Below, piece by piece: positions 37,701-50,810 of a stretch of DNA of 64,000 nucleotides. Below the pieces are notes generated by a model. It was not told the origin of the DNA. It made no database searches and worked only from the letters and a program-made list of their open reading frames with translations. Origin of the DNA: Vicugna vicugna (taxonomy: Eukaryota); contig MU058387.1 of the NCBI GenBank assembly GCA_013265495.1, positions 558,001-622,000 of the forward strand, given 5' to 3'. The position numbers were made by a program, and so were the translations under genes. Within the stretch, counting starts at the first letter, position 1, and the number at the start of each line of letters is the position of its first letter.

Positions 37701-39885
37701 ACTGATCCTATGCTCTTAGCAACTAAGATTTACTCTCTCCTAAATAGCTGATCTACGTCTGTTGACAAAATATATAGTATTAGTGTGAATTGTGTTCTTT
37801 CCATTCTGAAAGATCAGTTCTGTACAAGTCAGCTCACAATTATTTGATTGTCTGGAAATCCAGGCAATGGCGGGCCAGTTCAGAAATCCTTCAATCTGCA
37901 CCTCTTCGTTGGCAACATGTGGTGGAGAGAATCAAGACTTGAAGGACTTTTCACATGCAGAGACAGTTAATAAGGTTAGGGCAACCCCAGCCTCTCAAAT
38001 GACAATATGACAACTAGTGAGTACATTTCCCACTAGAGAAATACTTTCTTCCTGCCCACTTACCCACCTGTATCCTAAAGACAAACATATACTGTACTCA
38101 AATAAATGTGCAAAGACTGGAAAATGTTATGCAGTGCTTCGATCAACACATTGCTAGACATGTGCGTTTGGGAATTAATTACCTGCTGGTTGCCAGGTAC
38201 AATTCTAAGCACCAAAATTCCAAAATTTAATAAACATTGTCCAAGCTTTTGAAAAAGTCACCATTTAAAGAGTGTAGAAACCCATAAACACATCGCTAAA
38301 GTAGAAATGCCAGGAGGGACTATATCTAAAGCACAAAGAGAACACAAAGGAAAGGAAGATAAATAGAGAAATCCAGAAGGCACTCTAAAATAACGACCTT
38401 GAGTGAGGCTGCTAGCTCTTTCATTAACCTCCAAAACGGCCTGACCAGGAGGGAGATTGATTATTCGCTTGCTAATAAGGGGACCAGTGGAAAAGTCAAA
38501 TGTGTGTTTCAGGAAAACTCTTTTTCCATATGTAACTAGGGAAAATGCTACTCTGGTTGACTACATATTTCCAGTATACTCATTTTTAACAATTTAACAT
38601 TAAAAAAAATAATGTTTCTCGCAGATAAGATTGAACCCTCTTATGGAAAATTTAAATAATGTTTTAATTTAGTCAATCATGTTTTAGAAAGTTTAAATTA
38701 TATTATTTCCTAAGTAGCTAAAATGTATCGGTCAGACTCTTTAAATCTGTAAAATTCAGCTTGACTGTCATTGTCCAGAACCCACTTACATATATTAATC
38801 GAATAATACTTTAAGAATTATTAGGAAAATGATTTGGACTGAGCCGTCCTAGAAATTAGGCTAGACCACTCAGGCCTTTTTGTACTTGGAAAAAGCAGCA
38901 AATCAACTACAATGAAATAAAGTTGGATATAAAAGAATTCATGTGGCTAATACCAGAGAGTGCCACATCTGGGTCTCAAGAGAGACAATTTTGGGAGAAG
39001 TGGCAGTTGGAAGAGGGAAAAAAGAGGCCCAGAGAAGACACTGTCACATCTAAAAGGAGACTGGAAAGTCCCATGGGACCAATGGAATAAATGCAATGCT
39101 AGTTACATCTTTTGCTATTGTTTGGATAAAGCAATGGATCAGAAACTGGTGGTCCCAGAGGTGCTTCAGGCTGCCTCTTTACAAGCTTTAACAAAGCTGA
39201 ATTGAGTGGGAAAATTTGTCAAAGTAGTTATTTGAGTATGTGAAAGAAAAAAAAAAAGTCAAACCAGTGTTCCCAGTCGTGGTAGCATCGTGTAGACACA
39301 GCTGAATCTCTCTCCGACAAGCAAAGCCACTTATCTGCGTTGTCTGTGCTCTGGGCAGGAAGCTCTGGGGAAAACTGCACTGATCTCTTCACCACTCAGC
39401 CTTCTTATGCCTCCTTTCCCAGAAAGGTCTATTTTTTCCCTCTTTGTCGTTCTGTACCAATTAGAAAAAAGAAGCAAAGCGGTCAAAACATCAGCCGAAT
39501 AAAATGCAAACCTGGGCCATCGGTAACATAGGAAAAGTGACTTTTTATTGAAGAGTATTTTCTAGGTTTGCCACAGGGGATGGAGAGACTGAAAAGAAAA
39601 AAAAAATTGAGAGGGGCTTGCAATTTCTTATTACTTTTAAAGGTCAGCAAATTCCTTCTTAACGTATGGGAAGTTGTGCTTTAAAAACGAGTCAGTTGAG
39701 CCAATTAAATATCACTTTAAATACTGATGAAAAATTACCTTAAAGACATTCAAAGTCTTGAGAATGTGGACACACAAAGCGGGCAGACAGATACGGCAAC
39801 TTAGAGCCTGATTTTGCAATGTTAGACCATTTTCTCACTCTCCTGTGCAAAAGTTTCTAATCTAACTGTCGCCTTAACAGCGTTC

Positions 39886-40050
39886 GGGGGTCAGCAAACT
39901 GGTGGCGTGTAGGATCGCTGCTCGTTTTTCCAATGAAGTTTCAGTGGAATATTTACATATTGTCTATGACTGACTTCACACTAATAGTAGAGCTGTGATT
40001 AGAGGCTCATGGGTACGCAAAGCCTAAAGCTTTACAGGAAGTTCTCGACA
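39886..40050 (+). mobile_element. MER58A-like (hAT)
   Basis: 'ggggtcagcaaact...tttacatattgtctatgactg...gcaaagcctaaa...tttacaggaagtt'. Confidence 0.8.
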
Positions 40051-40269
40051 TAGTTTTGTAAGAAGAAACCATCCAAGGTGTCCAAAAGGGCCACCACTTT
40101 AGATTCTGTATGACTGAAGGGGTCATTTGAAGAGTTACCCCAGTGGCTGCTCCACCAGCTTACCAGTCCCGTCCAACCCACAGGTGACGTCACTGAGAAC
40201 ATATGAACCCCGAGCATTTTTCTTTTCTGCTGTTACGTTTGGCTTTCCTCTCTGCTTAATACATCCTTT

Positions 40270-40550
40270 CCCCTACCCCCGCTTAGCACGATTGTCTTGT
40301 ACAAATGTCAGCTCTTCCATGAAGCCTCCTCTGATTGTCCCAGGCAGAATTCATGACTGCCTACTGATCACTCCCAAAGCATGACTGCAACACTAACATC
40401 AGACTTAACACGTTGTACTGTGACCCTGCTGTGATGGCTGCCTGTGGACACCCCAGAGTCCCAAGTTCTGTATTTCCCATTTCTCCCATGGCACTGAGCC
40501 AGTGTCTAGCCTTCAGAAGACACTCAATAAATGATGGTTCAAGTCAACTG
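40270..40550 (+). mobile_element. L2 3' fragment
   Basis: 'aaatgtcagctcttccatgaagcctcctctgat...agtgtctagc...cactcaataaatg'. Confidence 0.65.
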
Positions 40551-42155
40551 AAAAGTTGTCTGAGAAGATCCATAAAGGTCCCAACTGAAAGGCACCTATG
40601 ATTTCTGAGAACTTACTTGTAATTTTTTTAATTTAGTAGAAAGTAGGACCCTGAGTGGATGGGATGAACAAAGAGCAGGTGCATTAGAAGAAAAAGTGGA
40701 CAAGTTGAAAAACATCTGGAGAATGGAGTGCCTCCAAAGGGTTCAAAGTTTTGAAAATGAGAGAAGATCATGCTGGCCCACATTCCAAAGAAGACCTTTA
40801 TAACTCAGCATCCAACTGAGCTCCAGCCCCCTCACCCGTCAGCTCTCTTTCATCCACATCCATTCTCTCCCACCTCAATATCCCTTCTGGGGTCATCGTC
40901 TTTCTTTCCTACTTACCCACATCCTAAATGCCACTCCAGCCTTACCCAAACTGTTGTCCTTTTTTTTTTTTTCTCTCTCCATTCTTCCCTGTGTGATTTT
41001 TCCCTTCTCTAAGCCCAGTCCCAACATCCACTCCCTTGTACAGACTTGGTTCCATTTTTTCTTTTTTAATTCTCAATTTTAGATTGTTCTTACATTTCTG
41101 TTATATTCCCTCTCGTTGTCTGTGTAGTTTTTCCTGAATTACTGAATGATTAGCATGAGCTGAATCGGGGTTTTCACTCCCAGAAAAGTACTCCAGTGAT
41201 ATATACATATGGATATTGACATTGCATTCAATTCATTCTTTGAAGCGCCTCCTAATTCTAGTCAGTGTTCTCCAGAGAAACAGAACCAATAGGAAGCATC
41301 CAGTTACTGTTGCTTTTACTTTTTCAGACCTTTTATTTTCTGAAAAGTGACTGTCATCTAAACTCAGAAGTCAGGAAATGACGCTCTACTTAATGTCAAT
41401 CTCTTGAGCTTGACGGCTTTGGAGTCCTGTGCACCCCTTTTGGGGCCACTGAGTCTGCAGTTTACTCCCAGAAGTGTCTGTCAATTATGAGGTTTTCTGT
41501 TAACTAGCACTTGGGGTCTGAAACATTCAGCAAATTTCCTAAGTGTTTCGTAAGCAGGTGCCTACCCTCCCGTCTGCTCTGCCTAAAATTTCATTTTCAT
41601 GGATGGCTAATTACATCATGGAGGAGGAAAAGCAGATTTTTTAAAAATGATTATTTAAAAAATATGAGTAGTAACTCATTCTTTGGCAATGAGGATCATC
41701 TACTGAGCCTGCCAAAATCTACTAGGCATTCAATCACCTATGCGAGCATGTATGCTTTTTGCCTTTTTTCTTGCTTTTTCCCTTACTTCTGGAATGACAA
41801 TTTTTTTTTTTTTAATTTTAGAAGCCATCATCTTCATCCATGTGCTAAGGGACGGCCTCACGTCTTTCCTTCCCTTTACCTCTTCCCCTGTGGGATACTG
41901 TATTGAGAACAGATGGCTCAGATGTGGCCAATAAGAACACACAGAGATGAGACAGGGCTTGCTGTACCTTGGCCAGGCCAACCAGAGAATTCTTGCTGCA
42001 AAGACTCTATTTCCTCTCTCACTGAAATGGTGAATATTAAGGACCATGTGAACCAGAAACGGCCAATAGCTGCCTCTTCTAACATCATTGGAAAACAAAC
42101 ATACGAACAAAGGCTGAAGCTTACCGAGCTTACTTACCAGGGAAATGAGAGCACA

Positions 42156-42218
42156 GAAAGAGAGGGAGAGAGACAGAGAAAGGGAGAAAGGAAGACAGAG
42201 AAAGAGAGACAGAGAGAG
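42156..42218. repeat. GA-rich low-complexity repeat
   Basis: (GA)n/(GACA)n mosaic. Confidence 0.9.
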
Positions 42219-44072
42219 CGCAGAAGTTCCACTGATGTCAAGTACACCTTCGGATGCGGGGACGTCTGGATTTGGCAGAATTCCTAGAGTTCTCACTTAC
42301 ATGAAATGTGAACCGGGTGTTTGTCTCTTGCATCTAAAAACGTCTCCACTGACTTTCCCATTAAACCTGGATGTCTTTTTAGGGCCTTTTAAGTATGACC
42401 TGGAATTAGGTGCATACAGTATCTGTTAGCAAAGAATAAATTTGAGATAATAAAAGGAAATCATGATACAATGAAACATCTAGCTAGTGGCTCAGCTAGT
42501 TATGAGAGAGGCTGTGTTTTGATTAAAGGGGAACTATTTCAACATGATTTGATTTGACATCTTGTTATATGAAATATTTCCCTGTTAATTTGTGTGTGAA
42601 ATTTTACCAAATGCTCTATCAAAAACGTTGTGACTTTTTCTAATATGACCACTAAATCTGACTATTGGATAAATAATTAGGCATATATGACATGCTTTGT
42701 TTTGATAACTACTATTGTTTATTTTTCATGTTTTTGCTGTGTCCAAATGTTCATGTATTTTGGGTGCTTAAAAGAGAAATAAAAAGTATTAATGTAAGTC
42801 TTTCTAGAAATTCATTTTAATGTGTGTGTGTATATGTGTTCCATTTAACAGAAACTAGAGTGATTTTTCTGTCTTCTGCCAGGCATTGAATTGGTCGTGA
42901 TTGTCAAAAAAAAAAAAAAAAGAAGAATGAATACTGACTAAATATTTCCTGAATGATAATTTCTATTTGATATAATGTTTCAATAATGGTATTTAGAATT
43001 CCATGATGCAGCAATTCAGTCCTAAAAAGTCATTTTTAAACAATCAAAATATGTGGCTAAAATTGTACATAAAAAATTCTCATCACAACATTTGTTAAAG
43101 AAATAGAAACAGGCTTTAACCAGTAAAAAAGTGTCTTGATGTTGGTATTGGTCATAATTACAAAATATGACAGTTGAAGTAGTTTAAGGATAGATTTTAG
43201 ATTAATTCATTTGATGGGAAGAGCTCTTGGTATACTATTAATTAAAAAAATAAAATTAATATTGTATATTCAATATGATAATAACTAAGAAAAATAACAT
43301 TTTTATAATAAAATTTTAAAAAGCAGCTAGAAGAGCATGCATAGGGTAGTCAAATCATGGATAATTTTTACATAGTTATTTATATTTTTCTTACTCTTTA
43401 CATCATTGAATATGAATGTGTTATTTAATAATCAGCAAATCTTAAAAATAACACACACAGCTGATAATAGTATAATAATATAAAGAACATACATCTTTGG
43501 TTGCACTGTAAATCAGTTTACCATTTTAGAATAACTGTCCTTTGAACAAGCTCGTAATATTTTGATTAGTAAAGTGAAAAAGAATCCTGAAACAAGACAA
43601 ATCTAAATAATAAAGGAGTGTTTTTCATAGTGTCAATCATTATTATAAGAAAGTTCAAAAATAACTCAAGAATGTAACTTCCGGCACACCAATGGCCTAT
43701 TAACCAAATTTGAATTTTTTTAAATTATTGCCAGGACAAGATTATGAAATTTTAAAAAATTGTATAAGATTAAAAAACAACATAAAATTACATACTTTTT
43801 GCAATTACATCTATGTGATGAAACTTCAAAAAAAAATCCAAAAATCGATTTCCCCTAATTTATTAGATAAGCTATTTTTAGACATATATAGAAAGAGCCT
43901 CAATTTCTTAAATTTCCTTTAAGTAAGATAGTTTCGCAAACTATTTGTCTTTGTATAGGGGGAAGGTAGAATGTTAAAAAAAAAACTTAAATCACATGAT
44001 GCACAGACATAGAAATTTCAAAATTGAGTCTAAAAAATATGTCATATGTTTAATAATATCTAGATCTTGGGC

Positions 44073-44415
44073 ATGTGTTGAAGGCCCAGCGTGATGGTAT
44101 TTGGAGATGGGGCCTTTGGTTAGGAGGGGGATAGGATTAGGTTGGGTCATAAGGGCAGGATGCTCATGATGGGAGTATGGCTTTATAAGATGAGAAAAAG
44201 AGATCTCTCTGGACCTTTGCACTGAGGAAAGGCCATGTGGGCACACAGGGTGAAAGCAACTGTCTGCAAACCAGGACCAGAGATGGCCCTGGAAACTGAA
44301 CGGGCTGGCACGTTGATCTCGGACTTCTCAGCCTCTAGAACTGGGAACTACATTTCTATTGTTGAAGCCACTCAGTCTATGCTAATTGGGCGTGGCAGCC
44401 TGAGCCGACTGATGC
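44073..44415 (+). mobile_element. MaLR solo LTR, MLT1A-like
   Basis: 'gtgatggtatttggagatggggcctttgg...gaggaaaggccatgtg...tctgcaaaccagga...ttgatctcggacttctcagcctctagaactg...ggcagcctgagccgact'. Confidence 0.88.
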
Positions 44416-44589
44416 AGCATCATAAGGTTCTCCTGCTGCGTTATACAAGTGAGGTGTAAAGGCGGACGCTCTATATTAAACCTGTGTCTTGTTAGAAGAA
44501 ATAAATGAGTGCATAGATTCTAGTGAAAAGCAAGGGATGTGACTTTTTTAGGGACAAGATATAAGAGTAGGAGTCATCACATCTCTTTT

Positions 44590-44905
44590 ATTTGCAAATG
44601 ATAAATCAACTTACTTAAGCCAAATGAGAAAATTTATTTTCTCAGGTACACGGAAAGTACAAGTTGTACCTGCAGACACAGCTGGATCCAGGGGCTAAAT
44701 CCATGGGACATGGAAGCAAGCTTGCTCTTTCTATCACATGACTGTCTCTTTATTAACTACATTCAGATGGCTCTTTCCTGCTGGCGACGTGATGGCAGGG
44801 CTGCTTAGCGTGAATTCTATTTTATGAGCAGCTCCAGAGGAAGGATGGCTTCTTTTTTACCGCATCCTCTCCAAGGGTCCTAGAATTGATGTCCATTGAC
44901 CTGGG
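44590..44905 (-). mobile_element. Ancient MLT1 (J/K-like) LTR remnant
   Basis: 'ttgcaaatgataaatcaac...acttaagccaaa...aatttatt...cagctggatccaggggct'; heavily diverged. Confidence 0.5.
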
Positions 44906-47900
44906 GAAAGTTGAGAATTAAAGAAAGTAAATCCACAGAGTGTGAAATTAATGAGTGGTTATCACGGGGTTCAGTCCCACCGGAGACCTCTGATCCGGTA
45001 AGCCTCGTGTTTCCTCAGCTGCCTGCCAAAAACATATTTGTGTAATGAATGAAGGAGTGAAGCATTGAATGAATAAATTAGTAAATAAATCATCTCATTC
45101 ATCAGATCATGCATGAGTGACTCTGTGAGTCTGTCAATATGTTCCCAGATTATGAGGGATTTATTTATGGGCTTAATTTTCATACATTTCTAGCTCATTG
45201 GAAATACCGTTGTCTTTCTTCACCCTACGTGCAGAAGAACAAACTGCAATGTCACTGATACCCAGGATGTTTCCAGGATGGACAAGGGAGGAAGCAGAGG
45301 CTGCACTCTGTACTACTGAGCATCTCTTCAGGCACAGTAACTGCCCAGATCATCAGTGTCCATCCCCAGGAGGGAGGATTCTCCGGACTCACCGCTTATG
45401 AAATCACTTCAAATTCCATCCTATCCTAATGACAAGTGACACCAGAATGCATGGAAACTGTATATTCTATTCTTTGGGGCACTGGGCACTAGAGGTAATG
45501 GACTTACGATGCAAATGAAATTAATTTAATTTCTTAGCTTAAATCAAAACATAAGATTACCAATCATTGGATCCAGGAGAAATTGTTGGCTGGAGGTCAT
45601 CTCACAAAATAGCGGCCAAGATAGGATGGGATCCTTGGTCCTTTAGCTCTCAATCCAGAGTTCTAATTGAAGATTACCACTTAACAGTGCAATTCAGTCT
45701 ATGACTACTATTTTGGTGATTTTTCAACCTTTGTTTTGCAGTAGAAGTATGAGGAATACCCTTCAAAAATTCCTACATCAACAACACACCTCTATATAAT
45801 TAGATTTAGCTGATCTGAGGTGAGGCATTGGCCTTTTTAAAAAGTGATTTTAATGTGTGGCCACTGCTAATATTCCCTAAGAAAGTTGGCGACAAGGATA
45901 CAGAAAAAAAGTTCTTTTCAAAGGTTTACTCAAAAGAGTCAGATAATCAATCACAATTTGCTATGTCTTGCTTGTTCATTCAAACAGGGAATACAATTTC
46001 TAAACCTAATGTATTTTTCTAACAGTGATCGGGCAGAAGGAAGCATCCAAAAAATAGCTGATGATTAAGAATAATACACTTTTCACAGAGGCTGAGAGCG
46101 AAATGACTGAGATTTCTAAACTCTTCTAGCCAAATTCATTTTATTGCACTTTGTTATGACATTGACATTTCGCCAAAGCATTCCAACTAAACAGTGAAGC
46201 TGCCCTTAATTGTTTTTTGGATTCTCAAAGTTTGTTGATCCTATTACGATATTTATCTTATTTGCACTTCAGTTGAATGTGAAACGACTGCATATTAATT
46301 CATATGGCATCTTGCTACCTATTAACATTATGGAAGGTTTAATTTAATGTTGGCTTGTTCGGTGCCTGGAGATGCGCAGGTGAGATGGCATACAATTCTA
46401 ATCTCTTTTCATAAGCCACAGTTGAATTAGCATCGCCCATCATTGTATCATTTTTTCACAGTTTATCCTTCTTCAATCAGTTTGCTGTTTCACCTTGTTG
46501 GTTCTGACAGAGGCGAAGTAGAAATGCCAAAAGCTGTTGAATAAATGTGGCGTTGAGTCATATATTTTTCAGCTGCACACAACAAAATCCAATTTTTTTT
46601 TTGTGGGTAATGTTGCTGTGCATTTCATAGACCTTAATTAGAACTGATCTTGCTCCTTATCTGCAAAATTTTTGTATAAGGTAAATGCTCAGTTTTTAAA
46701 AAAGAAAGAGGGGGAAACCCTCTTGCATTTAATCACGTTAAACAAGCTCTTTAGACAATTTGTTCAGAAATTTCTCTAATTAAAGCTGGCCCTCCAGGTA
46801 ATGTGCTGATCAGATCTACCATCAGGTATAAATTAGGGACATTATGTAATTAACGCTAAGACCACAAATGGAAGTTAACAGCTGGGTGGCTGTGAGGGCA
46901 GCAGATAAACAGCTCCTAGGTGGCTCCTAATATTAAGGAGAAGATCTTCTGCAAGAAGATGTGCTGAGGTGACTGGTTCCTTAGCTCAACAGAAGGAGTA
47001 TTTTTGATTTCTCCGAGTTCATTTTGAAGATCAAACTGGAGTATATTTAAAAATTTGTTAACAGATAAGAATGTTTATTTTCAACTCAGAAACGAATCTT
47101 TGTTTCTATTCATTTGAAACCTCCTGCATACTGTTCAAATTAATCTCACCCTGGTATGAAAAAAAAATCAGCAGATTAAGCAAAAGATATTTCAGTATTA
47201 ACAGAACACCCCCTTGGAAGAATTAAAATGGAAAGTCACGTGGCTTTTTTTGATTGAAGTCAAGAACAACAATAGAGATATATGATTCTTTATTTGAATC
47301 CAAGTTTGAAAATTAACCCAAATAAAATATACTAAGTTATCTTATAGGATTTTCCTACATGCTGGATTATATCTATTCTTCCTCATTCACGTCACCTCTC
47401 TTTCTTGGTCTGCTTATTAACTTGGTTTTCTAAGCTCAGTTTAACAGCACTGCTTTGAACAGCTTTTTTTTAACCACTTTCCAGTCTGATTTCATACCTC
47501 CCTTCTCATCTCTAACATCACAGTAGTTACTCACACTTTGTATCTAGAAGATGCAAGTCAGTTTTCCAGAAGGCTCTTTGAGGACACACAACCTAGAAGG
47601 ACCTGGGTGTGAATGGTTTTTCTGACAGTAACTTTGTGTTTTGCTGAGTGTCTCAGATTTGTGAGAGAATATGGAAATGGGGCCAGTGTCATGTTTCATG
47701 TTACCAATATGGGATGTTCTTTCCAGCTAATAAAATGGGAAACAACATGTAAGGAGTATAATGAAACACCCTAGGTCTGAAAGACACTAAGGGGCAATGT
47801 GAAAAATTAATGCTCAGTGTTTATCTTTCTGAAAAGCATGAAGTAGTTCATTGTACCATTTTTATTTATCAGATACTGATTTTCAGTAACATTTCAACCT

Positions 47901-48231
47901 CAAATGGCATTTAGATCTCAACAGGGGACAGACATCTGAGCTGTTTTTAATTGCAACTAATTTGACAAGCCTCATTTCATCATGGCATCTCCCTCTCTCC
48001 CATGTGCTCATGGAACTCCCATTTATATGAGCAGAAGTCCCAGCAAATTAACCTAGGTGAGATCAGCCCTTAAGGGGCATTAAGATCTAAGTAATCAAGC
48101 ACTGTTAGCAAGTCAAAATGTTCTTTAGGACCTCTGTTCAAGGAACTCTACTCAGGAAGCAACACTCACATTGGGGATTCCTGCTCCATGCTTCTTTCTA
48201 GTGCCATTTGGTTTTGTGAAGTCGGCAGGAC

Positions 48232-48580
48232 TCTTCTAGAAATCTGAATCCAGTTGAGAGACCAAGTGACACTCGGAGGGTTGGAGAACTCAGGTTTATT
48301 ACTCTGTCGGGCCCAGAGGAGTTAACACTCCAAGCTCTCAATCCCGTCCGTAGGTTTACACAGGCTTTTATAGGGTTTTAGGTTTTGATTAAGTTTGCAT
48401 CATATGCAAATGAGGTGTTAGAAATGGACCAATCAAGAGTGAGCTTTTGGGAACCAATGGAATTTTAGTAGTAAGTTTCATTTTCTTAGAAGCAAGCCAT
48501 TTTACATAAGCGCAGAAGTGGGAAGGCAATGGCCCTGCCTGGGTGGTCTTGCTGGTCCCATTGTGGATTTTGCCCCTTCA
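48232..48580 (-). mobile_element. ERV1-class solo LTR, relatively young
   Basis: Minus strand starts 'tgaagggg', with TATAAAA (48366-48372) and AATAAA (48295-48300) in LTR order. 4-bp direct repeats GGAC at 48228-48231 and 48581-48584. The terminal CA at the 48232 end is not intact. Confidence 0.8.
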
Positions 48581-48597
48581 GGACAATGGCATTAGGC

Positions 48598-48791
48598 CAG
48601 TGTTTCTCTACAGCAACCTCACTGACATTTCCAGTCAGATGATTGTTTGTTGGGGGCTGTCCTGTGCATTTAGCACCATGCCTGTTCTCTACTTACTAGA
48701 TGCCAGGAGCACCAACCGGTGTGACAACTGAAGTACCTCCAGACATTGCCACTGTCCCCTGGGAGGCAAAATCACCCCCCCCCAGCCATTG
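48598..48791 (+). mobile_element. MER20 (hAT-Charlie)
   Basis: 'cagtgtttctc...ttgttgggggctgtcctgtgcat...ctagatgccag...tgtgacaac...ctccagacattgcc...tgtcccctgggaggcaaaatcaccc'. Confidence 0.9.
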
Positions 48792-50574
48792 CATTAGGCA
48801 GACCTACATAACTTTTTTTGGACCAGAATATTTTAAACCCTAATCACTCTGAGCCAGAGCACTTGAGCTGCAAACCTCAGCGACCCTGGGCGTAGCTCAT
48901 AGCATGGCCTAAATCCCTTAATCTAGGATATGTGCTTACCTGAGAGACCTGCTGGTCAGTCAAAAATGCTGAAAGAATTTCATTTCATTGAGACCCAAAG
49001 TCCCATCATAATGAGTTTTATTAAGTTGCAAGAGTGATTATTTAACCAGACAAAGCCTTCTTCTTTGATAAAGCTCATCTGCTTTTATCTTATTTACGAA
49101 AACTCCCCTCCACAAGTGCATTCAGGAGGGCCACGTCGAAAATGGAAGTGAACGTGACTTTGAGGAGTGGAAACTTAGAAATGAATCAAAATATGTATTG
49201 CAAATTTTAGATGTGTTATTTAATATCACTGTGATTTAAAATGTAGGTAAATTTGAGAGATTCTCTGTGTAAGGCAGCTTTAATATGAGAGAAGTTTCAT
49301 GAGCTCAGAGTGTATCCATCTGCTAGCATCATTGTGGCTCACTAATGCCATCATCCCTCTTTCCACTTGTCAGTGGCATGAAGAAAGCATTTTTAAACTT
49401 TGTCCTGATTGGCCTAGTCTACTGGGGAGGACAGAAGCCCCATTTCCTGAAATAGCTACATCAGCTTTTTTTTCCACAGTTAGCATCAAACCTTTACTTT
49501 GATTAGATTTATATATTGTGCTCTAGTGTAGGACAGTGTTGTAGGAAAATTTCTTTGAATTAGATGCTGAGTTGGCATTAGTATATAAGGTGATTTTCAG
49601 GAATCAGCACCTGCACAGAGAAGTTAATGAAAAGATTAGAGTGAATGTTTTCTTTATGTTAGATTTCCCAGCACTAAAAGGATATACTTGGATTTAAAAA
49701 AAAAAAAAAGCTATTTTACACACTTAAGAATAATTTAAGCCTAAACCTAAGTTATGGCACCAGCTTTATTTCACTTGTCCTTTTTCAGTACTAGTATTGG
49801 AAAATGGCAACATTATCAGAAACATTTGACTTTTTAGACCACAGTCTGCAAAGCAATTATAGTCCCCCCGCATATATTTACATAACTCAACACGTATACG
49901 TTTCTGATTCTTACATAATCTTTAAATAACTAAGTACATAATTAAATAAATATTTATCAAATTAACTCCTACTTAATTAAATCATGTCTAATTATCAAGT
50001 CGCTAAGAGAAGCCGAAGAGGTAAATGAGATACTAGGGGTCTTCCCACCATCGTGGGAAGATTCTGAAAAGCCATCATTCATTTGCACGTTGTATTGAGC
50101 TGAGAAAGTCTCACAAAAACATAGAAAGAAAATCATCTCTTCTTACAGCTTCACCAAATTGAAGTAGAATGAAGGTAATGCATCCTTAAAATCCCTGCAA
50201 AATAATTCTGAATTTCTCTTGGTCTCTTTCACGCCTAAGATTCCACTCACCCCATCACCAGGATGCCTACAAAAAGCTTCAGGGAGCTTTATCAGCCAAG
50301 ACGTCAGTCCTGCTTACTATAAATTCACAGAAGATCAACCAGAAAACGTTTTCTGACCACCTGAAGGCCATCTGCTACTGCACCAGCTCTTGCTGGCTCT
50401 GATGGATGCTGTTGAAATGGGCAGCTCCGTGAGCTTGGTGTAACAGGTGGCAGCGTGGCTGCATCGCCTGTGGGAGGGGGGGGTGCGTGTGCACATGCCG
50501 TGTGTGTACGTACGCTTTGCGTGGGTGTTTGTGTAGGTAGGAAGCTGTCACAGTTCAGATATGTGAGCTGGCAA

Positions 50575-50810
50575 GTGGTAAAAAGTGAGGCAGGGAAGGG
50601 GCCAGATGATGTGTGGGCCAGACTAAGGAGCTTGGACTTTGTTGCAGGGAAGAGTTCAAAGCGGAGGATAAAAAGCAAATCAAGCTTAGGGAGCCCGCTC
50701 TGTTGCAATGTGTGGCAAGAAAAGGGGCACTTACAGGGAAAAGATTTGAAACACAGATCTGAGTAAGAGAGTTTTGCAAATGCAATCGGGACCTGAACCA
50801 AAGCAGCTGT
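50575..50810 (-). mobile_element. L2 fragment
   Basis: 'ggggccagatgatgtgtgggccagactaaggagcttggacttt' resembles antisense L2. Confidence 0.6.

Noticed and set aside
41511..42429. Longest overlapping ORFs (188, 131 and 124 aa)
   Set aside because: They are partly held open by a GA repeat and poly-T, have no recognisable domain, and overlap on both strands.
50325..50801. 158-aa ORF
   Set aside because: It spans an L2 remnant and TG-rich low-complexity sequence.
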